Source of the DNA: Gemmatimonadales bacterium | GTDB lineage: Bacteria; Gemmatimonadota; Gemmatimonadetes; Gemmatimonadales; GWC2-71-9 | Direction: 5' to 3' | Length of the DNA: 33,245 bases | Assembly (NCBI GenBank): GCA_035311125.1 | Contig: DATGDE010000149.1 | Location: 1-33,245 of the forward strand | Shown here: one piece after another, positions 24,553-32,409 of the stretch | Layout: every line of letters starts with the position of its first letter | How positions within the stretch are numbered: the first letter of the stretch is position 1 | Position numbers and translations under genes: made by a program | The notes under the pieces: model-generated | What the model saw: the letters and a program-made list of their open reading frames with translations, nothing else | Told to the model about the DNA's origin: nothing | Databases searched by the model: none

Positions 24553-25904
24553 CCCCCGCGCAGCGAATCGGGTCGGATCTGACGGCCGCGCACCATCACC
24601 CAGGCGATGTCCCGCGTGGCGGTGATGTCGTCGGCCGGGTTGCGGTTGAGCACCACGAGGTCGGCGGCCTTGCCGGGCGCCACCATGCCGAGCGAGTCCG
24701 CCGCCAGGACCTGCGCCCCGTAGCGGGTAGCGGCGGTGATGGCGTCGATCGGCGTCAGGCCGGCGCTCACCAGCAGCGCCAGCTCCTCGTGCAGGGACGC
24801 GCCCGGGACGAGCAGCGGGTTGGCCGCGTCCGTGCCCGCGGCCACGAGGCCCCCGGCGGCGCGGAACTCCCGCACGAACTGATCCTGGCGCGCCCGGCCG
24901 CGGCGGAACGCGGCGATGTCGGCCGCGTGCCAGCCGGCGCGTTGCAGCAGGGCGGACACCGCCCGGACCGGATTGGCGCCATCCGACGGCACGTCCGCCA
25001 TGCCGAGGCGCTGCAGCAGGGAGGGATCGTCGAGCCGGGAGAACGTCTCGTGCTCCACCAGCGCCGGGACGATCGCGACGTGCGTCGCGGCGAGCGCCGC
25101 CGCCAGTCGCGATACGGCGCCGGAATCCAGGGCTGCCCAGCCCGACTCCTCCATCGTCAAGCCCGCGAAGAACAGGTCGTTGGCCCTCAGGAAGGGAGCG
25201 GGATCCCGGGCCGCGGCGGGGACCACGCCCGCCAGCTGCTCCAGCGAGCCGATGCCCGCACGGGCCGCGGTGAGCGCGTCCATCTTGCCCGGCCGAGCCG
25301 CGACCCGCAGACGGAGCGTCGTCGCCTCGTCCACGATGGCTCGCAGCAGATCGGGTGTGATCTTGGTGTAGGCCGTGACGAAATCGGCGCCCGCTACGGC
25401 ACGCTGGTCCACCGCCTGGCGGGCTTCCTCGTCGGCGGCCACGGCGGTCGCCCCCGGCAAGGTGGCCGCCATGCCGTCGATCGCGGGGCCCGCCGTGTAC
25501 ATGCGCGGCCCGACCACCGATCCCAGGTCGATGTCCTTCTTGAGGGCGTAACCGGAGTCACCCGGCGAATGGATGTCCCGCACGCTGGTCACGCCCCAGG
25601 CGAGGTAGCGGGGCAGGGCCCAACGCTCCACCTCGGCGTGCGCGTCGATCAGGCCCGGTATGATCGTCTTGCCGACCAGATCGATGCGCTGCGCCCCGCG
25701 CGGCACCTTGATCTCGTTGACCTGGGCCACCGCCCGAATGGAGCCGTCCTTGATGAGGATCAGGGCGTCGGCCTTGGGAGGGCCGCCGGAGCCGTCGATC
25801 AGCGTCGCGCCCTCGAGAGCGATCATCCCCTCGCCGGGCGAGGTGCAGGCGGCGGCGAGCGCCGCCATGGCGCCGATCAGGATCGCCGGCCCCCACCACC
25901 TCAC
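24540..25904 (-). CDS. Amidohydrolase family protein (imidazolonepropionase/prolidase-like), lipoprotein
   Basis: I place the start at GTG 25904, which overlaps the upstream TGA (GTGA). Product is 454 aa. Features: signal ILIGAMAALAAAC, then TLIDGSGGPP...IIPGLIDAHAEVE...AGTDA. Confidence 0.75.
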   Translation of the reverse strand: MRWWGPAILIGAMAALAAACTSPGEGMIALEGATLIDGSGGPPKADALILIKDGSIRAVAQVNEIKVPRGAQRIDLVGKTIIPGLIDAHAEVERWALPRYLAWGVTSVRDIHSPGDSGYALKKDIDLGSVVGPRMYTAGPAIDGMAATLPGATAVAADEEARQAVDQRAVAGADFVTAYTKITPDLLRAIVDEATTLRLRVAARPGKMDALTAARAGIGSLEQLAGVVPAAARDPAPFLRANDLFFAGLTMEESGWAALDSGAVSRLAAALAATHVAIVPALVEHETFSRLDDPSLLQRLGMADVPSDGANPVRAVSALLQRAGWHAADIAAFRRGRARQDQFVREFRAAGGLVAAGTDAANPLLVPGASLHEELALLVSAGLTPIDAITAATRYGAQVLAADSLGMVAPGKAADLVVLNRNPADDITATRDIAWVMVRGRQIRPDSLRGGWSK

Positions 25905-26350
25905 GGTTTCGGGTCCGCGGATGTGTGGTCGTGCAGGATCTGCCAGCGCTCGCCGCGCTTCTGCAGGATCAGCGTGAACGGGCCGCTCGCGACCAGCGAG
26001 TCGCCACGGTGCAGCTCGAATCGCGCGGTCGCATAGGCCAGGTCCATGGTCAGGGGCCGGACGGCGATCTCCACGAAGGAGAGCGAGTCCCGGCTCTTTC
26101 CGGGCGCGAAGTAGGTCGCCTGGTAGTGGTCGTACAGCGGCTGCCAGCCGTACTGGACGTGGCCTCCGGTGACGTAGCTGACGGTCGAGTCCTTCACGTA
26201 GTCGCCCATGAAGCCGTCCAGGTCGCCGCGATTCCAGTCCGCCGCCGACCGCGCGAGCGTCGCGGTGATTTCCCGGGACGGGTCCCCGGTCGGGACCTTC
26301 GGCGCTGCGCAGGCTGCCGCGAGGGCCGCCACCCACCATGTGCCACGCAT
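25901..26350 (-). CDS. SnoaL / DUF4440-like (NTF2 fold) secreted protein
   Basis: I place the start at the internal ATG 26350 (MRGTWWVAALAAACAAP). Product is 149 aa. Motifs: AADWNRGDLDGFM...RWQILHDHTS. Confidence 0.6.
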   Translation of the reverse strand: MRGTWWVAALAAACAAPKVPTGDPSREITATLARSAADWNRGDLDGFMGDYVKDSTVSYVTGGHVQYGWQPLYDHYQATYFAPGKSRDSLSFVEIAVRPLTMDLAYATARFELHRGDSLVASGPFTLILQKRGERWQILHDHTSADPKP

Positions 26351-26394
26351 TCCGCACCTCTTCGTTCGCTGGCCGCCAGAACGTACCTTGCCGC

Positions 26395-27144
26395 ATGGCC
26401 GATGCAACCCCGCCACGCGGGTTCATCGTGTACGGCCCCGTGCAGTCACGCCGACTGGGCGTGAGCCTGGGCCTGAACCTGCTGCCGGCGCGATCCAAGG
26501 TGTGCAGTTTCGACTGCCCCTACTGCGAGTGCGGCTTCAACACGGGGAAGGCGGCCGATGTCCGCTGGCCCTCACCCGACGAGGTCGGTCATGCCCTGCG
26601 GCGCGCGCTGGAAAGGCTGGCGGCGGTCCCCCCCGACTGGATCACGTTCTCCGGAAGCGGGGAGCCGACCCTGCATCCCCGCTTTCCAGTCGTCGTAGAC
26701 CGCGTGCTGGCGGCGCGGGACGATCTCGCTCCCCGCACGCGCGTGGGCGTGCTGTCGAACGGCGTCCTGGCCGCAGCGCCGCGGATCCGAGAGGCGCTGC
26801 TCCGGCTCGACGGGCGCTTCCTGAAGCTCGACCCCGGGCCGCCGGAGCGCGTCAACGGCGTCGCCGGCGACGCGGGCGCGCTGGCCGACTCCTACCGTGC
26901 GTTGCACCCGGTCACGGTGCAGGCGATGGTGGCGCGCGGCCCCGACTGGGACGGCGCGAGCGCGGCGAGCCTCGCCGCCTGGGTGCCGCTCCTGGTACGC
27001 GCAGCGCCCGTCGCGGTCCAGCTGTATTCGATCGAGCGCCCGCCGGCGGACCCGCGGGTCCAAGACGTGCCGCGGGAGCGCCTCCTCGAGATGGCCGAGG
27101 CCATCCGGGAAGCGCTCCCGCACGCAGTCGTCGAAGTCTACTAG
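26395..27144 (+). CDS. Radical SAM protein of unknown specificity
   Basis: I place the start at the internal ATG 26395, giving a 249-aa product. Features: YGPVQSRRLGVSLGLNL, then CSFDCPYC (CxxxCxxC), then SGSGEPTLHP. Confidence 0.75.
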   Translation: MADATPPRGFIVYGPVQSRRLGVSLGLNLLPARSKVCSFDCPYCECGFNTGKAADVRWPSPDEVGHALRRALERLAAVPPDWITFSGSGEPTLHPRFPVVVDRVLAARDDLAPRTRVGVLSNGVLAAAPRIREALLRLDGRFLKLDPGPPERVNGVAGDAGALADSYRALHPVTVQAMVARGPDWDGASAASLAAWVPLLVRAAPVAVQLYSIERPPADPRVQDVPRERLLEMAEAIREALPHAVVEVY

Positions 27145-27152
27145 TTGAGCCG

Positions 27153-27446
27153 TTACCGCCGGCGGCGCGTCGCCTTGCGCTTCGCCCGCGCCGGCTTCTT
27201 GGCCCGGGGCCGCTTCGCCCGGCGCGCCGGCTTCTTCGCCTTCGCCTTCTTCGCTTTCCTGGCCGCCGGGCGTCTGGCCTTCTTCTTCTTCGCGGGAGCC
27301 TTCCGCGGCTTCGGCCGCGGCGTCTCTTCCATCATAGGCTCGTCCATCATCGGGGCCGGCTCCGGAGCCATCGAGGGCTCCGGCGGGAACATCGGCTCCA
27401 TCATGCCCGGGCCGCCCATTCCCGTTAGATCACTGGTCGCGAGCAT
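27153..27446 (-). CDS. Small protein with a Met/Pro/acidic N-terminus and a histone-H1-like K/R/A/P C-terminus
   Basis: 97-aa ORF. GGAGGA lies 3 nt upstream of the ATG. GC3 is high. The overlapping plus-strand ORF is F/A/G-rich nonsense. Confidence 0.65.
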   Translation of the reverse strand: MLATSDLTGMGGPGMMEPMFPPEPSMAPEPAPMMDEPMMEETPRPKPRKAPAKKKKARRPAARKAKKAKAKKPARRAKRPRAKKPARAKRKATRRRR

Positions 27447-27517
27447 CTATCCTCCGCTGGTTGTAGCCGCTGGGGGCCTATAGCTTACCTGCCTAACTTC
27501 CCGACGCAAGTGAGCGC

Positions 27518-30142
27518 ATGCGCCAGCTCCTCGGCGGCTTCCTCTTCTTTCCGACGCTTCTGGCCGCGCAAATCCGCCCCGACTCCAGTGCCGTACTGCA
27601 ACGGGCGCCGATCTCCTTGTCATGGCGGCGGTTCGACGTCACCCTGTCGGGACCGGTCCGCGGGTCCGGATACGTCAGCGCCATCGGCCGGCGGGCGGCG
27701 TTGATCGGGACCGACGCCGGCAGCTTCGAGGCCTGGACCTGGCCGCTCAAGCTGCTGCACGACTTCACGCTTTCCTTCAAGACGCCGCTCTACGATCAGC
27801 CTATCCCGGGCCGCGACGTCGCCCGCCGGGTGGAAATCTCGCCTGCCGGGGCGACCATCATCTATACCCACTCCGCCTTCACGGTGACCGAGCGGCTGTT
27901 CGCGCCGCTCAACGAGCCCGCGGTGGTCGCCGTCCTCGAGGTGGACGCCGTCCGGCCGATCGAGATCATCGCGCGGTTCCGGCCGGACCTGCAATTCGCC
28001 TGGCCGGCCGGGTTCGGCGGCCAGTACGTCGCGTGGGATGATGCCGAACGGGCGTTCGTGCTGTCGGAAAGCCGCCGTCAGGTAAACGGCTTTTTCGGCT
28101 CCCCGGCGGCTACCTGGGCGACCAACAACCCGTCGCACATGCTGGCCGACGCGGCGAGTGAGCTGCACATCGCCGTCGGGGATCAGGGTCCCGTGGCGAT
28201 GCCCCGACCGGGAGAGCCCGCGGGGCGCCTCACGGAGGTGCACGCCGCCGGCATCCCGATCGTGATGGTGGGCGCCGTCGCCCCGCGTGACAGCGTGCGC
28301 GCGATCTATCGACGGGTATTGGGTCATGTGGCCGAGCTGTACGCCGCGCGCGCCGCGCATGCGCAGCAGGTGCTCGACTCGACCGTCGTCTTCCAATCGC
28401 CCGATACGGCGCTCGATCTGGCGGTGCGCTGGGCCAGCGTGAACCTGGACGAAGCCATGGTGTGCAACCCCGATCTGGGCTGCGGCCTGGTGGCGGGGTA
28501 CGGGCCCAGCGGCGCGACGAGCACGCGGCCGGGCTTCGGGTGGTTCTTCGGGGGCGACGCCTCCATCAATTCCTTTGCGATGAGCTCGGTGGGCCTCTGG
28601 CCGGTGGCGCGCGACGGCCTCGCCTTCTTCGCGGGCTACCAGGGCAGCACCGCGCCCAACGCCGGCAAGATCCCGCACGAGATCTCCCAGGGCGCGGCGC
28701 GCATCCGCTGGTTCGAGGACTACCCCTACGCCTTCTATCACGGCGACACGACGCCCTTCTGGATGCTCGCGCTGGCCGAGTACTGGCGCGCGTCCGGAGA
28801 CAGCGCGACAGTACGGCGCCTCTGGCCCAATCTGAAGAAGGCCTACGACTGGTCGAAGGGCACCGACGCGGACGGCGACGGGTTGATGGACAATGCGAAG
28901 GCCGGCGCCGGCGCGATCGAGGTCGGCGACCTGCAGAAGGGCCTGCAGTCCGACATCTACATGTCCGCCGTCTGGGTGCGGGCGCTCGAGGTGTTCCCGC
29001 AGATGGCGGAGCTCGCGGGAGACCGTGCCTCCGCGACGGAGGCACGTCGCCTGGCGGCGCGGGCCCGCACATCGCTGCGGGAGAAGCTCTGGCTCCCCGC
29101 GGAAGGGCGCTATGCGTTCGCCCTCCTCGACGACGGCACGCGCTCCACCGAGCAGACGGTCTGGCCCGCCACCGGGCTGGCGTTCGGGCTGTTCGACGAT
29201 GCCCGCGGCATGGCCACGGCCGTTTCGCTCGCGCGGGCGGCCATCACCACCGACTGGGGCGCGCGCGCCCTGGCCTCCACTTCCCCCCTCTTCGACCCGC
29301 TCCACTACAACAACGGCACGGTGTGGCCGTTCGTCACCGGGTTCGATGCGTGGGGGCTGTATCGGGCGCACAACGCGCCGATGGGGTTCGCGGCGACGTC
29401 GGCCGTGGCGCGCACCACGTTCCTCTGGGGGCTCGGTGCCAACCCCGAGGTATTCTCCGGTTCGACCTTCGAGCCGCTCGAGACGGCCGTGCCGCAGCAG
29501 TTCTTCGCGACCTCCATGCTGCTCACGCCGCTGCTGCGCGGGCTGGTCGGCTGGGAAGGCGACGTCCCCGACGATCGCGTCACGCTCGCCCCACACCTGC
29601 CGCCGCAGTGGGACTCCCTCGCCGTCGAACGGCTCCCGGTCGGCACGGGTCGCTACACCGTGCGGTTCGCCCGCACCGATTCCACGCTCGCCACGGAGCT
29701 CACCCGCACGGCGGGGACGGGAGTGGACACGCTGGTCTTCTCACCGGCGCTGCCGCTGGGCGCCGTCGTAGCGGAGGTGCGCGCCAACGGCCGGACTGTG
29801 ACGTGCGGCGCGCGCTCCACCGGCGCGGACGAGCATGTGGACTGCCGCCTTCCCCTCACGGCGCATATGGCCATTCTGGTGCGGCATTCACCGGGCTGGG
29901 CGGTGTTGCTGCCGGCGCCCGCGCCGGAGCGCGGCGCGCGCTCGAGCAGTATGAAGGTGCTGTCGCAGCGGCTCGTCGGCGACACGCTCGAGCTGCAGCT
30001 CGAAGGGCTCGCGCGCAAGGCGTACCAGCTGGTCGTGCGGACACCGCGAGGCGAGCGGGTGGTGCCGGTCGCGTTTCCCGACAGCGGCGACGCAGTCGAC
30101 GGATACCGCGCGAGGACGGTCCGGGTTACGACGCCGCCGTGA
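27518..30142 (+). CDS. Six-hairpin glycosidase-like protein (amylo-alpha-1,6-glucosidase / glycogen-debranching GDE_C-like), secreted
   Basis: 874-aa ORF with a signal-like N-terminus. Motifs: FGWFFGGDASIN, GKIPHEISQG, DADGDGLMDN. Confidence 0.6.
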   Translation: MRQLLGGFLFFPTLLAAQIRPDSSAVLQRAPISLSWRRFDVTLSGPVRGSGYVSAIGRRAALIGTDAGSFEAWTWPLKLLHDFTLSFKTPLYDQPIPGRDVARRVEISPAGATIIYTHSAFTVTERLFAPLNEPAVVAVLEVDAVRPIEIIARFRPDLQFAWPAGFGGQYVAWDDAERAFVLSESRRQVNGFFGSPAATWATNNPSHMLADAASELHIAVGDQGPVAMPRPGEPAGRLTEVHAAGIPIVMVGAVAPRDSVRAIYRRVLGHVAELYAARAAHAQQVLDSTVVFQSPDTALDLAVRWASVNLDEAMVCNPDLGCGLVAGYGPSGATSTRPGFGWFFGGDASINSFAMSSVGLWPVARDGLAFFAGYQGSTAPNAGKIPHEISQGAARIRWFEDYPYAFYHGDTTPFWMLALAEYWRASGDSATVRRLWPNLKKAYDWSKGTDADGDGLMDNAKAGAGAIEVGDLQKGLQSDIYMSAVWVRALEVFPQMAELAGDRASATEARRLAARARTSLREKLWLPAEGRYAFALLDDGTRSTEQTVWPATGLAFGLFDDARGMATAVSLARAAITTDWGARALASTSPLFDPLHYNNGTVWPFVTGFDAWGLYRAHNAPMGFAATSAVARTTFLWGLGANPEVFSGSTFEPLETAVPQQFFATSMLLTPLLRGLVGWEGDVPDDRVTLAPHLPPQWDSLAVERLPVGTGRYTVRFARTDSTLATELTRTAGTGVDTLVFSPALPLGAVVAEVRANGRTVTCGARSTGADEHVDCRLPLTAHMAILVRHSPGWAVLLPAPAPERGARSSSMKVLSQRLVGDTLELQLEGLARKAYQLVVRTPRGERVVPVAFPDSGDAVDGYRARTVRVTTPP

Positions 30143-30162
30143 GAAGTTAGATTAGCGCTGCC

Positions 30163-32409
30163 ATGATCCCCCGCGCGGGACTGCCCGCCGCACTCCTGCT
30201 CGCCGTCGCGGGCGCTCCCCTCGCCGCGCAGACCGTGGCCGAAGTCCAGGTCGCGCCGCCATCGATCACGATCAAGGTGGGAGAGCGCTACGGCCTCCTC
30301 GCCACCGCCTACGACCGGGTGGGGAACGTGCTGCCCGCGGCCAAGGTGACCTGGGTCTCGAACAATCCGCAGGTCGCCAAGGTGGACATCGCCGGGACGG
30401 TGCTCGGAGTGGCCCCCGGCGTGGCGATCGTGGAAGCGCGCTCGGGACAGCGCCGCGGTCAGGCGGCGGTGCAGGTCACGAGCGCGGCCGCCGCGGGCGG
30501 AGCGGCTGCGGCGGGTGGCGCGGCCGTGGATCCCCTCGCGGGTCAGCCCCCCGGCACCGGACCCGCGACCGTGCTGCGCATCGATCCGCCGTCGGTGTAC
30601 CTGTTGCCTTCGGAGAACACGCGGGTGTCACCCCGGGCGCTGCGCGAGGACGGCTCACCGGCGGCGCCGGTGCAGGTCGCCTGGAAATCGCTGCGCGAGG
30701 ACATCGCGAGCGTGGACCAGAACGGCACCATCGTGGCGCTGGCGCCGGGCCAGGGCACCATCCAGATGACGGGACCGGGCGGCCTCACCGCGACTGCGCC
30801 CGTGGTCGTGCAGCCGGCCGACTACGCGGTCCAGGAGGGAACAGCCCTGACGTTCGCTCCCGGCGAGGCGGACACCCTGCACGTCGTCGTCCCGACGCAA
30901 GGGAACCGTCTCGTCAATCCGGTGGCGCTCACCTGGGCCTCGAGCGATCAGAGCGTGGCGCAAGTGAGCCTGACCGGGGTCGTGAAGGCCGTCGGATCGG
31001 GAAAAGCGATCCTCACCGTGTCGGGCCTGCTGCAGCAGCGGACCGTCGAGGTGCTGGTGCACCGCACGGTGGAACTCCTGGCGGTGCGGCCTACCACCCG
31101 GGAGGACGTCGAGGTGCCGCTCACCGCGAGCATCCGCTTCACGGCCGCGGCACTCGCAGCCGACAGCTCACCGGTCCCCGAAGCGTTGCTCGCGTGGAGC
31201 GTGGCGGACACCGGAATCGCCGCCTTCGACCCGGCGACCCTCACGCTGACCGGCAAGAAGATCGGACGCACGCAGCTCAACCTGCGCGGGCCGGGTCCCA
31301 ACCCGCCGCGTGCCGTCTGGGCAGTGAGCGTGATCGCGGGCTCGGTGAAGCTCTCGGCGGCCCGCTTGGGCATGGCGCTCAACGCGCGCACCAGCCTCAA
31401 GGCGAGCTTCATGGATGACACGGGAGCGGTGCTCGGTCCCGCGAGCGGCCTCACCTGGAGCTCCGACGCGCCGGGCGTGGCCGCGGTCTCCGAGGACGGC
31501 GTGGTCACGGGATCGAGTTATGGCCGCGCCCATATCACCGCGACGGCCCCCGGCGGCAAGTCCGCGACTGCCGACGTGTTCGTCGAGGACGAATTGCTGC
31601 TGGTCAGCTCGCGTGGCGGCACGTCGCGGCTCTACTGGCTGGACCGCTCGAACCTCGCCGCGCTGCGCCGGGTTACACCGGACACCGCAGGGGCGACCGA
31701 TCCCGCGATCTCGCCGGACGGCTCCCGCATCGCCTTCGTGTCCACGCGGGACGGCAACCCGGAGATCTACGTGATGGACGCGGACGGGACCAACCTCACC
31801 CGCGTCACCAACGATCCCCAGGCGGATGGACGGCCCGCGTTCACCGCCGACGGCGCTGGGATCGTGTTCCAGTCGCTGCGCTCCGGGAAGCCGCAGATCT
31901 GGACGGCGGCCCTCGACGGCAGCGGCGCCAGGGCCCTCACCACCGACTCGGTGAGCCAGACTCCCGCGGTCTCACCCGACGGCGCGACGATCGCCTACGC
32001 CTCGGTTCGCAGCAGGAACTACGACATCTGGCTGATGAGCCGCGACGGCACCAATCAGCGGGCCTTCACGAAGGCGCCGCAGCAGAACGAGACCGAGCCG
32101 CGGTTCCTGCGGGACGGGAGTCTGGCCTACATCGTGGAGCGCCGCGAGGCGAACCGCATGGTGCGGATGGTGGTGAAGGCGGACCTCGCCACCGGAGCCA
32201 TCACGCCGCTGACCGGCACCGACCTGCCCATCGCGGGCTTCGCGGTGTCGAGCGGCGGCGATCTCATCGCGCTCGTGGTGCCGAACGATCCCAACAACCG
32301 CCGCAATCCGCTGTACCGCGTCTACCTGCAGACGGTGGGGTCCGGCACGCCGACCCCCATCCCGGCCGGGCCGGCCGAGCAGATGATGGCGCCGGCCTTC
32401 CTGCCATAA
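30163..32409 (+). CDS. Secreted multidomain protein: bacterial Ig-like (Big_2-type) repeats plus a C-terminal TolB-like PD40 beta-propeller
   Basis: 748-aa ORF with a signal peptide. Ig-like strands recur (VAKVDIAGTVLGVAPGVAIVEA, IASVDQNGTIVALAPGQGTIQM, VAQVSLTGVVKAVGSGKAILTV, VAAVSEDGVVTGSSYGRAHITA). PD40 repeats are present (ISPDGSRIAFVSTRDGNPEIYVMDADGTN and similar). Confidence 0.8.
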   Translation: MIPRAGLPAALLLAVAGAPLAAQTVAEVQVAPPSITIKVGERYGLLATAYDRVGNVLPAAKVTWVSNNPQVAKVDIAGTVLGVAPGVAIVEARSGQRRGQAAVQVTSAAAAGGAAAAGGAAVDPLAGQPPGTGPATVLRIDPPSVYLLPSENTRVSPRALREDGSPAAPVQVAWKSLREDIASVDQNGTIVALAPGQGTIQMTGPGGLTATAPVVVQPADYAVQEGTALTFAPGEADTLHVVVPTQGNRLVNPVALTWASSDQSVAQVSLTGVVKAVGSGKAILTVSGLLQQRTVEVLVHRTVELLAVRPTTREDVEVPLTASIRFTAAALAADSSPVPEALLAWSVADTGIAAFDPATLTLTGKKIGRTQLNLRGPGPNPPRAVWAVSVIAGSVKLSAARLGMALNARTSLKASFMDDTGAVLGPASGLTWSSDAPGVAAVSEDGVVTGSSYGRAHITATAPGGKSATADVFVEDELLLVSSRGGTSRLYWLDRSNLAALRRVTPDTAGATDPAISPDGSRIAFVSTRDGNPEIYVMDADGTNLTRVTNDPQADGRPAFTADGAGIVFQSLRSGKPQIWTAALDGSGARALTTDSVSQTPAVSPDGATIAYASVRSRNYDIWLMSRDGTNQRAFTKAPQQNETEPRFLRDGSLAYIVERREANRMVRMVVKADLATGAITPLTGTDLPIAGFAVSSGGDLIALVVPNDPNNRRNPLYRVYLQTVGSGTPTPIPAGPAEQMMAPAFLP

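Noticed and set aside
26351-26394. An imperfect palindrome CGTTC(GC)TGG-CCG-CCAGAACG in the 44-nt divergent gap, considered as a shared operator.
   Set aside because: It has only 5+3 bp with a 2-nt bulge. It cannot be distinguished from chance without comparative data.
26395-27446. RiPP hypothesis: the radical SAM enzyme modifies the adjacent small Met-rich peptide.
   Set aside because: The two genes are convergent rather than co-transcribed. The small protein has its own SD and a nucleoid-protein-like tail rather than a leader/core layout. No transporter or protease is nearby.
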